This document shows, piece by piece, positions 16,567-24,468 of a stretch of DNA of 26,968 nt (position 1 is the first letter of the stretch; each line of letters starts with the position of its first letter). Below the pieces are notes generated by a model. It had not been told where the DNA came from, did not search any database, and was given only the letters and a program-made list of their open reading frames with translations. The stretch comes from an uncultured bacterium (lineage in GTDB: Bacteria > Abyssobacteria > SURF-5), in the NCBI GenBank assembly GCA_964607485.1, contig CAZSKP010000049.1, forward strand, positions 1-26,968, written 5' to 3'. Position numbers and translations under genes: made by a program.

Positions 16567-17228
16567 CGGTCTGCATCCCTGCTCAGAATTGCGCCGACAA
16601 GCTCATTCAAGTTATCGAAAGCGTGCTGCCGATTGCGGACGAAATCGTTATCGTGGACGGCGGATCTTCGGACAACACGAAGGAGGCGGCGTGCTCTTTT
16701 GACAAGGTCCGCTACTATTATCACAAGTGGACGAATAATTTTGCGGTCCAATATAACTACGCCATGGACCATGCGTCGGGCAACTGGATATTGAGGCTCG
16801 ATTCCGATGAAGTCATCGGGGTCAACATGCGGACTAAGATACGCAAGCTCATGCGCTCCCGAAGACACGACTTGTATATCTTTCCAAGATACTGGATTGT
16901 CCGGACGGACCCCCTGAGGTATGTGAAAAGCAAGAAACTCTATCCAGACTATCAGCAGCGCCTCTTCCGTAATCTGCCCCAGTATCGTTGCGACATAGAC
17001 GTAAAGACACATATCCGTTTCCCCATCGGAGTCCATGGAGTCGGCAAGAGAGTCAAGGACGCTCATATCTTTCACTTCGATTTTGTATATAATGATAGGG
17101 CGGCAAGGGAAGAGAAAGTTAGGATTCGAAATGCAAACGACCCTTCGTCGGTGAGGACCAATGTGACTCACTATCTCTTCGAGGACTATCCTTACACGAT
17201 CAAGAAGTGTCGAGAGAAGCTCTGGTGA
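16530..17228 (+). CDS. Glycosyltransferase family 2 (beta-glucosyltransferase-like, short)
   Basis: LTVCIPAQN, IVIVDGGSSDNT, NFA.Q.N, WILRLDSDE, YPDYQQRLF. Overlaps the upstream gene by 37 nt. Confidence 0.82.
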   Translation: MATDERDTEQKLTVCIPAQNCADKLIQVIESVLPIADEIVIVDGGSSDNTKEAACSFDKVRYYYHKWTNNFAVQYNYAMDHASGNWILRLDSDEVIGVNMRTKIRKLMRSRRHDLYIFPRYWIVRTDPLRYVKSKKLYPDYQQRLFRNLPQYRCDIDVKTHIRFPIGVHGVGKRVKDAHIFHFDFVYNDRAAREEKVRIRNANDPSSVRTNVTHYLFEDYPYTIKKCREKLW

Positions 17229-17301
17229 GCGCTTGCTCAACATCGGGCGCAGCCCGAGGTGGGAAACCCATGAACGAGACTAGCCGCTTTGAGCGAGGCA
17301 A

Positions 17302-17913
17302 TTGCTGTCGGGAATTTCGGATTGGCGCAACACGTATGGGGGTCGGCCGTTGAAGAAGACCGCCGTGACCGCCGGGAAGACGACACTGCACCTGGGATGC
17401 GGGAACAAGAAGGCGCCCGGCGCAGTCGGAATCGACATCAACCCGAAATCACAGGCCGATATAATCCACGACCTGAACATATTCCCCTGGCCCCTGCGGT
17501 CCGACGCGTTTGACCACGTCATTTGTGAGCACGTGTTGGAACATTTGGATGATATTGTGAAGACGATGGAGGAGATATATCGCGTGAGCAAGGATGACGC
17601 CGTCGTCGAGATCATCTCGCCGCATTTCTCAAGCGTCAATTCATGGGACGACCCCACACACAAGCACCATTTCACTCTCACCAGCTTCGACTATTTCCGT
17701 CCGGACCACGAGCCTGCATACGCGGATGTCCATCTTGAAGTGGTTGAACGCCGATTGAAGTTTAGCCCGTCGCTCGTTAAGATTCCAGCACGGATAATTT
17801 ACGCGGTTGCCCCACGATGGTATGAGAAAAATCTGGCGTTTATGATGCCCGCGCGCAACATGGAGTTCACACTGCGCGTTCTGAAGAAGGGATCAAGAAA
17901 CGCCGCCCGATAG
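17302..17913 (+). CDS. Class I SAM-dependent methyltransferase (Methyltransf_11-like, glycan-cluster type)
   Basis: LHLGCG, GIDI, HDLN.FPWP, HVLEHL, EIYRV, PHFSS, DPTH. The start is uncertain (TTG 17302 or TTG 17350). Confidence 0.82.
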   Translation: MLSGISDWRNTYGGRPLKKTAVTAGKTTLHLGCGNKKAPGAVGIDINPKSQADIIHDLNIFPWPLRSDAFDHVICEHVLEHLDDIVKTMEEIYRVSKDDAVVEIISPHFSSVNSWDDPTHKHHFTLTSFDYFRPDHEPAYADVHLEVVERRLKFSPSLVKIPARIIYAVAPRWYEKNLAFMMPARNMEFTLRVLKKGSRNAAR

Positions 17914-17937
17914 GGGCCTGCCGCGGAAGCTCGAAAG

Positions 17938-18069
17938 TCTGCCGCAAGAGTGAGAGAATGTCTGGCAATCCCGAAGCTATTGTCGAGGCCTTTGAAGAGA
18001 GGCACATCCGGAGAATCCTGCTCGTCAGGATTTCCCGAGTGGGAGACCTCCTGTTCACCACACCGGCCG
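17938..18069 (+). repeat. Direct repeat copy 1 (132 bp; RBS plus first 37 codons of the GT9 gene)
   Basis: Aligns without gaps to 21233-21364 (offset 3295) with 13 mismatches by manual count, about 90% identity. Confidence 0.95.
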
Positions 18070-18095
18070 CGGAACTGATAGCTTATGCGACATGA
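17958..18095 (+). pseudogene. Truncated GT9 heptosyltransferase-like 5' stub (45 aa)
   Basis: Translates as MSGNPEAIVEAFEERHIRRILLVRISRVGDLLFTTPA-AELIAYAT*, against MSGNPEAIVEAYEQGRIGRILLIRISRVGDLLFTTPA at 21253. This + strand ORF is not in the track. Confidence 0.85.
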
Positions 18096-20001
18096 GCCAA
18101 CCTCGCAGATGCGTCCCCCCTCTCTCCTGAGGAAAACTCTGGATATATTATTTTTCGGACTAGTGGCGTTCATCTTGACGGTACTATTAATGCGTGCATT
18201 GCCGTACCGTTTAATTAAAGAATGGACCTTCCCTTTCATTAGGGTTGAGTATTTCATGTACGTGGCAATGGTTGTTTACTTCGTAAGAAAATTTGTCTTT
18301 CCATCGGTGCAACCTGAGAGATTCTATATTTCCCCGCTTGCTTCTTTGAAAGACGAAAAGCCGCTTCGTGCAAAGGATCTCCTCATTGCCGTCATAATGT
18401 TCGCAGTAAGCGCTGTGTATCTCCTCGCCATATACGATAAAGAGATTCCGAATTTGGATGAAGGCTTTATCCTTACGATAAGCGACCGGGTTTTGATGGG
18501 TGATATGCCATACAAGGATTTCTTCCTTTTGATGACCCCGGGTGCCATCTATCTGAATGCGTTGATATTTCACACTTTTGGAGCCACCATCATCGTGGAA
18601 CGTGCGACGACTTTAATCTTGGCCTCTCTGGCCTCTTCTTTGTTTTACCTGTTAGCTCGCATTGGAGCCGGCTACTTCTTCTCAATTGGGGGCACCCTCA
18701 TCTTTCTGGCTTGGCAGTTTCCCTTTTGGTTTCAGGCTAGTTACTCATGGTATGCAGTGGTATTCTCCATGGCCGCCTTTTGGGTTGCGGGTCTCTCCAT
18801 CCCTGGTCAGAAGAAAAACAAGAAAGGCCTTTTTCTGGTCGGGCTCCTATCTGGCATGAGCTTTGCATTTAAGCAGAATACGGGCATGCTGACCCTGCTT
18901 GGTTGTGGAGTCTATTTTGCCGCTGACAAAGTGTTCTTTGCAGCGCACGCGGGAACAGATGACACGGGCGCACTTCCAGTCTCGCTTTCGGGAATCAAGA
19001 TGTTGAGGGATTGGTTGATAGATTTTGGGATAATTCTCCTGGGTTTTGGTGTTCCCGTCACCGTGAGCGCCTGGATTTACCTTTCAAATGATTACCTTTT
19101 CGAGTATTTGCAAGCCATTTTCGTGACCCCCTTACTGCAAAGCAAAGAGCTTTATCATTCATATCCGGCATTTTCGCGAATTACGGATAAAAGGATAATG
19201 ATATACATGCCGCACATGATGATTTTCGTAACTTCGGTATTCTTTCTTTACAAAATCATTAGAAAGAACCGCCTTGAAGTAGAAGACCGTTATCTACTAT
19301 TGCTCTTAATAGCGACTGTCTGTGTTCATCTGACGGTATTTCCCCGTGCAGACTTTATCCATGTTGTGTTCACGCTTTGGCCCAGCCTGGTTCTACTGAG
19401 TTGCTGGGGACAGCGATTGATAACCTTTGTGGCGACTCGTTGGACTATTCTCTCGAAAAAAGTCTCTCTTTCACCCGCACTTGTTCTGAGGTGTCAGAAC
19501 CTACTCCTAGCTTCGGCGGCTTGCTTCATCTTTGCTGTCTTTGTTCCTCATAGAACGGAAAAGAATCTTTCGTTCCCCAGGGATTTAGAGAAGCTTCCAG
19601 GACCAAGAGGGACAATGATTTATGGAAAGAAGGGCTCTGTTAGGGAATTGACTGAAGCTTTCGATTTCATCCGAGAGCATCAAAGAGGTGGAACTCTCAG
19701 ACATATATTTTCGACGAACCCTTTGGTATACTTTCTTGCCTCCATACCCAATCCAACTCCATATGATTATCCTGTCGGTGGCAATGTGCCCTTTAATTAT
19801 ATAAGCGAATTGAAGCGAATCTTCGTGGTTGACAAACGTTGCATGATTTTACTGGATGAAAGATTTGATAAATACCCTATTCCTTCAGATTGGCCAGAAT
19901 TTCAAAGTTACATCACAAGCGAATACAGGCCGATCTTCGTCTCATCCGGTTCTCGCTACTCGATATTGGAACGAAATAAAGCTGTAGATACCTATGACTG
20001 A
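18085..20001 (+). CDS. Polytopic membrane protein, probable GT-C (PMT_2/ArnT-like) glycosyltransferase
   Basis: Many TM segments; NLDEGF...DRVL.G..PYKDFF...TPG, FKQNTG, FPRADFIH, and a soluble C-terminal domain. Noticeably AT-richer than the core genes. Confidence 0.7.
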   Translation: MRHEPTSQMRPPSLLRKTLDILFFGLVAFILTVLLMRALPYRLIKEWTFPFIRVEYFMYVAMVVYFVRKFVFPSVQPERFYISPLASLKDEKPLRAKDLLIAVIMFAVSAVYLLAIYDKEIPNLDEGFILTISDRVLMGDMPYKDFFLLMTPGAIYLNALIFHTFGATIIVERATTLILASLASSLFYLLARIGAGYFFSIGGTLIFLAWQFPFWFQASYSWYAVVFSMAAFWVAGLSIPGQKKNKKGLFLVGLLSGMSFAFKQNTGMLTLLGCGVYFAADKVFFAAHAGTDDTGALPVSLSGIKMLRDWLIDFGIILLGFGVPVTVSAWIYLSNDYLFEYLQAIFVTPLLQSKELYHSYPAFSRITDKRIMIYMPHMMIFVTSVFFLYKIIRKNRLEVEDRYLLLLLIATVCVHLTVFPRADFIHVVFTLWPSLVLLSCWGQRLITFVATRWTILSKKVSLSPALVLRCQNLLLASAACFIFAVFVPHRTEKNLSFPRDLEKLPGPRGTMIYGKKGSVRELTEAFDFIREHQRGGTLRHIFSTNPLVYFLASIPNPTPYDYPVGGNVPFNYISELKRIFVVDKRCMILLDERFDKYPIPSDWPEFQSYITSEYRPIFVSSGSRYSILERNKAVDTYD

Positions 20002-21037
20002 AATTGAGATAATGCACATCAGCTTGGTGATCCCCAACTACGATGGAAGGGGATTGCTGGAAAAACATCTCCCGTGTACCCTTTCTGCAACCAAACACTA
20101 CTCTGCGAACACGGAGGTCGTAGTGGTAGATGACGGCAGTACCGATGACAGCGTAGAGTATTTGAAAAAATATCATCCCGATGTTCGAGTGCTGAGACTC
20201 CCCAAGAATGTCGGCTTCCCACGGGCGTGCGATACAGGCATTCGCGCTGCGCAAAACAACATTGTCATTCTGCTCAATACCGACATCCGGGTTCGGGAGG
20301 ATTTCATTGCTCCTCTTGTTTCGCATTTCGCCGATGAGGATGTCTTCGCTGTGATGGCGATGTCTCTCAGAGAAGACGAGAGCACTCCGGGAGAGCTCGC
20401 CAAGATTCCGTTCTTCAAGCGAGGATATCTCAAATTTGTGAGTTCGGAAAATACGGAACTGCAAAAAGCTGTTGCAGAGAACCATGAATACCCGCTTTAC
20501 TCGTTTTATGCCGTTGGCGGACACTGTGCTATCGACAGGTCGAAATATCTTTTCTTAAATGGGTTTGATGATCTGTATTATCCTTTCTATTCGGAAGATG
20601 TGGACCTGTGTTACCGTGCGTGGAAAAGAGGATGGAAAACGATTTTTGAGCCGAGGAGCATTGTCTATCACCATCATGCTTCGAGTTCGATCCTGTCGAA
20701 GCACCCCAGAGCTTATATCGGGAGCGTCATTCGGCGGAACCGACTGCTCTTTGTCTGGAAAAACATCACCTCCCTCCGATACTTCTATTTCCGGCATCTC
20801 ACTCCTCTTCTCTTGAGAAGCGTTGGGGGTATATTCGTCATGGATTTCAATTTCTACAGGGCGTTATTCAGCGCCCTTCGACGATTGCCGAAGGCACGGG
20901 AACGTCGGAAGCAAGAAAAGAAGCGTGATTGCAGGCTCAGTGACGAGGAAATCTTCGCGTTGACCAGTTCCTTACTCAAGAAAGGCACGCAGATGCCCCG
21001 CCGATCTATAGATTCACGGCCCAGTGAGACATTGTGA
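19994..21037 (+). CDS. Glycosyltransferase family 2 (WbbL/RfbF-like)
   Basis: SLVIPNY, VVDDGSTDDS, NVGF..ACDTG, LLNTD, GFDDLY.PFYSEDVDLCYRAWKRGW, VYHH. Confidence 0.88.
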   Translation: MTEIEIMHISLVIPNYDGRGLLEKHLPCTLSATKHYSANTEVVVVDDGSTDDSVEYLKKYHPDVRVLRLPKNVGFPRACDTGIRAAQNNIVILLNTDIRVREDFIAPLVSHFADEDVFAVMAMSLREDESTPGELAKIPFFKRGYLKFVSSENTELQKAVAENHEYPLYSFYAVGGHCAIDRSKYLFLNGFDDLYYPFYSEDVDLCYRAWKRGWKTIFEPRSIVYHHHASSSILSKHPRAYIGSVIRRNRLLFVWKNITSLRYFYFRHLTPLLLRSVGGIFVMDFNFYRALFSALRRLPKARERRKQEKKRDCRLSDEEIFALTSSLLKKGTQMPRRSIDSRPSETL

Positions 21038-21050
21038 AAAGGCAAAATCA

Positions 21051-21221
21051 ATGGAATATGTGAGTTGTTTCCCTTGTGAGGATTCGCGCTCTGACGTGGT
21101 AGTGCAGGGTCGGGATTATATGTTGGACAATCGCCGGAACTTCCAATTGGTCCGATGTTCCACCTGCAGGCTACACTATCTCAACCCTCGTCTCGCACGC
21201 GAGGAAATGGTAGACTACTAA
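21051..21221 (+). pseudogene. N-terminal Zn-ribbon remnant of a class I methyltransferase (56 aa)
   Basis: MEYVSCFPC...FQLVRCSTCRLHYLNPR...EEMVDY* has the same CxxC...VRCxxCxLxYxxP pattern as the N-terminus of 22394-23329, but stops before any SAM-binding domain. Confidence 0.7.
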
Positions 21222-21232
21222 GGAAACAGATA

Positions 21233-21364
21233 TCTTCCGCGAGAGTGAGAGAATGTCTGGTAATCCCGAAGCCATTGTCGAGGCCTATGAACAGGGGCGC
21301 ATCGGGAGAATTCTGCTCATCAGGATTTCCCGAGTGGGAGACCTTTTGTTCACCACACCGGCCG
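21233..21364 (+). repeat. Direct repeat copy 2 (5' end of the intact GT9 gene)
   Basis: About 90% identical to 17938-18069. Confidence 0.95.
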
Positions 21365-22392
21365 TGCGGTGTCTGAAGGCCCGCTTCCCGCAATCCGAGC
21401 TCCATTTTCTCACGAACCCATACTCGGCGCAAGTCCTCGCCGGCAACCCTCATGTCAGCCGCATTCACCTGATGGACCGCAAGAGCGTGGGCTGGCGCTT
21501 CTTCCGCACGGCCCGCGTCATCCCCGATCTCAAGAGCCCTCGCTTCGATCTGGTCATTCCTTTCCGCTGGAGGAACGAGTACAAATCCTTGTTCGCGAAA
21601 ATCAAGGCGCCTCATGTGTACCGTCTCTCTGTCGCCGATTTGCCAGCGGAAGGCCAAAGTCACATGGCGGATAGGTTCCTTTCGGGACTGGCGCCGCTGG
21701 GGGTGAAGCAGGACGCAAAGGGGATGGACGTCTTCTTCAACTCCGATGACGAGACGTGGGTGGACGAGTTCCTGACCGGGCATAGGCTTCAAGACAAGCC
21801 CCTGGTTGTTCTCCACCCTGGCTGCCACCAGACGATGAAGTTGAAACGCGGCCGAAGCGCCGCCAAACGCACCTGGCCGGTTGCCCATTGGGCGGATTTG
21901 GTCAAAGAATTGCTCAACGCAATGGGAGCGTCGCCCGTTCTCACCGGATTCTCGGGGGGCGACATGGCCCAGAACGACGCCATCATTAAACGGGCCGGCA
22001 TTGATGTTCCCCAATTCGCCGGACAGAGCGTGAACCGGCTCGCGGCTCTTCTTGCCCGTGCCGGCGGCTTTGTCTGCGGCGACACGGGCCCCCTGCACGT
22101 GGGCTCGGCGGTCGGCGTTCCGACCGTCGCTCTGTTCGGGCCTTCCAATCCGGCGGTCACCGGACCCTACCGAAATACCGGCGGGGCGGTGGTCCTCCAG
22201 AAAGAAATCGAGTGTGTTCCGTGCAAGGGAAAGGACATCAAGTGTGAGAACAACGTCTGCATGCAGAGCATCACGGCGGAAGAAGTCGGAAAGGCCCTGT
22301 CTGGGCTGATGAACTCTTCCGGCAGACCCGATTCCATCGCCGGAACCGACAGCACCATTCTCCAATCCGAGGCTGAAACGCCGGGGCGGTGA
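21253..22392 (+). CDS. Glycosyltransferase family 9 (ADP-heptose:LPS heptosyltransferase, WaaF/WaaQ-like)
   Basis: ILLIRISRVGDLLFTTPA, VVLHPG, RTWP, GDTGPLH, VPTVALFGP, C-terminal CVPC...C....CM.SI. Confidence 0.9.
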   Translation: MSGNPEAIVEAYEQGRIGRILLIRISRVGDLLFTTPAVRCLKARFPQSELHFLTNPYSAQVLAGNPHVSRIHLMDRKSVGWRFFRTARVIPDLKSPRFDLVIPFRWRNEYKSLFAKIKAPHVYRLSVADLPAEGQSHMADRFLSGLAPLGVKQDAKGMDVFFNSDDETWVDEFLTGHRLQDKPLVVLHPGCHQTMKLKRGRSAAKRTWPVAHWADLVKELLNAMGASPVLTGFSGGDMAQNDAIIKRAGIDVPQFAGQSVNRLAALLARAGGFVCGDTGPLHVGSAVGVPTVALFGPSNPAVTGPYRNTGGAVVLQKEIECVPCKGKDIKCENNVCMQSITAEEVGKALSGLMNSSGRPDSIAGTDSTILQSEAETPGR

Positions 22393-22393
22393 C

Positions 22394-23329
22394 GTGAACG
22401 CGGAAAACACAGTCCACATCGATTGCCCGCTATGCAGGCGGGACGATGCCGACCCGCTCTTCAGTCGGGACGATTTCCGCCATGTCCGCTGTCGCGGTTG
22501 CGGTCTCGTCTATGTCGATCCCCAACCGCAGGATGCGAAGGAGCGCAATGCCGTTCTCTACGGCCAGACCCATCCGATACGGTCCAAGGCGTTCGGGAAG
22601 TACAGCGTCATGGATGAGGCGGAGTTGCAGAAAAACCTCGGTCGATTGCGGCATTTGCCGGCGGGGAAGTACAGGCGTGAATTGAAATTCATGGATGGCT
22701 ACAGGCAAATCGGCAGAATGCTCGACGTCGGCTGTGAGGATGGACGATTCCTTTTGGCCGCCCAGGGACGCGGGTGGAACGTGAGCGGCGTCGAAGTCGC
22801 CCCCGAACATGCCGCCCTGTGTCGGGATGTGTTCGGGCTGGATGTCAGGTGCGGCACGCTCGAAGAAGCATGTTTCGCGGATAAAAACTTCGACGTCGTG
22901 CGCCTGAACCAGGTGATAGAACATGTTCCCGCTCCGATGCTGCTTCTCGGCGAGATCAACCGTGTCCTCCGGCCGGGAGGGCTGCTGAGCCTCGCCACGA
23001 TAAATATCGGGAGCCTGACGTACGCTTTTCTGGGTCGGCAATGGTCCTACCTGGGAGGCCCCAATAACGAGCACCTTGTCTTCTTTTCAAGGAACACACT
23101 CGAGCGGATGCTTGCAGAGGCGGGCTTCAAGAGCCTCAAATGGAAGACCGCCGGCTGCCGCCTGCGCAATCCCGGCACCCTGGGAAAAAGCTGGCTCGAC
23201 AGGGGCATCCGCGTGACAGAGAAAGCCCTGGGATATGTTGCCGCCCTGCTCGGAAAAGGCGGCAGAATCCATGTGTATGCGCAAAGTGAGGCTCGCAAGC
23301 CTGTGGGCGTTCGGGCCGAGCTCGGTTGA
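22394..23329 (+). CDS. Class I SAM-dependent methyltransferase with N-terminal Zn-ribbon
   Basis: CPLC...VRCRGCGLVYVDP, LDVGCEDG, GVE, FDVV, QVIEHV, LRPGG, EHLVFFS..TL..ML..AGF. GTG start. Confidence 0.85.
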   Translation: MNAENTVHIDCPLCRRDDADPLFSRDDFRHVRCRGCGLVYVDPQPQDAKERNAVLYGQTHPIRSKAFGKYSVMDEAELQKNLGRLRHLPAGKYRRELKFMDGYRQIGRMLDVGCEDGRFLLAAQGRGWNVSGVEVAPEHAALCRDVFGLDVRCGTLEEACFADKNFDVVRLNQVIEHVPAPMLLLGEINRVLRPGGLLSLATINIGSLTYAFLGRQWSYLGGPNNEHLVFFSRNTLERMLAEAGFKSLKWKTAGCRLRNPGTLGKSWLDRGIRVTEKALGYVAALLGKGGRIHVYAQSEARKPVGVRAELG

Positions 23330-24468
23330 TGTCCTCCTCGATTATGGCGAAACGGAAAGCGATGACGAGTTCGCTCCACATCAACGATCAATCTACCTGG
23401 CGGGGCGGCGAACAGCAGGTGTATTATCTTCTGAAGGGGCTGAACGAGAGGGGCCTCCGCGCCGAACTCGTGGCTCAGCCCGCAAGCGCTCTCGCCGAAC
23501 GCGCCGGGGCGAACGGCATCAAGGTGCATCCGATCCGCATGCACGGCGAGGCCGACCTGTTTGCCGCGCGCAGAATCGCCCGCCTCATCGCGAAAGAACG
23601 GTTCGACATCGTGCACATGCACACCTCGCACGCCCACGCCCTCGGTTGCCTCGCCTGCGCCTTCAACCGCACACCTCTGTGTATCGTCTCGAGGCGCGTC
23701 GATTTTGCCATCAACCGGAAACCGTTCGGAGTGCCCGCCTTGAAGTACCGCTGGCGCGTGAATCACTACATCGCCATCTCCAAAGCCGTCAAGAACGTGC
23801 TTGCGGCCGGAGGAGTGGACGAAAAGAAAATTTCGGTCGTCAACAGCGGAGTCGAACGGAAAGCCGGTCCGGATTCGCGCGCCGAGGCTCGCCGCTCGCT
23901 GGACGTCGCGCCGGACGCCAAGCTCGTGGGCAATGTCGGAGCGCTCGTAGGCCATAAGGGGCAGCGCTTTCTCGTCGAGGCGGCGCCGCTCGTCGTTCGC
24001 GAGATGCCTTCGACTAAATTCGTCATCGTAGGCGAAGGCGAGCTGATGGGATTGCTGCGCGACCGGGCTTCGCAATTGGGTGTCGATAATGCTATAATAT
24101 TTGCCGGATTCCAGCCGGACGTTCATCGATACATCTCGGCGTTCGATGTCTTTGTTGCTCCCTCTGTTATGGAGGGACTGAACACGTCGATTCTCGATGC
24201 CATGATGCTTGGGCGGCCGGTCGTCGCCACGACGGCGGGCGGCATTCCGGAAATCATCGAACACGAGAAGACCGGCCTGCTTGTTCCGCCGGCCAATCCG
24301 GAGGCGTTGGCTGCGGCCATTGTTGAGCTCCTGAAGGACCCTGAAAAGGCCGAGCGACTCGCGCGCGCAGGGCAGGAGAGGGTCGTCGAGGAGTTCTCGG
24401 CCGAGCGGATGGTTGAGGGAACGATAGCCGTGTACGAACGACTTATGCAAGAACGATGCAAGAGCTGA
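23329..24468 (+). CDS. Glycosyltransferase family 4
   Basis: WRGGEQQ, DIVHMH, IAISKAV, VGNVGALVGHKGQ, EGLNTSILDAM, AGGIPEII..EKTGLLVPP. Alternative ATG starts at 23344 and 23362. Confidence 0.9.
   Translation: MSSSIMAKRKAMTSSLHINDQSTWRGGEQQVYYLLKGLNERGLRAELVAQPASALAERAGANGIKVHPIRMHGEADLFAARRIARLIAKERFDIVHMHTSHAHALGCLACAFNRTPLCIVSRRVDFAINRKPFGVPALKYRWRVNHYIAISKAVKNVLAAGGVDEKKISVVNSGVERKAGPDSRAEARRSLDVAPDAKLVGNVGALVGHKGQRFLVEAAPLVVREMPSTKFVIVGEGELMGLLRDRASQLGVDNAIIFAGFQPDVHRYISAFDVFVAPSVMEGLNTSILDAMMLGRPVVATTAGGIPEIIEHEKTGLLVPPANPEALAAAIVELLKDPEKAERLARAGQERVVEEFSAERMVEGTIAVYERLMQERCKS

Noticed and set aside
22213..22260. Four-Cys cluster at the GT9 C-terminus (CVPC...C....C)
   Set aside because: A common feature of WaaF-like GT9 proteins, so not unusual here.
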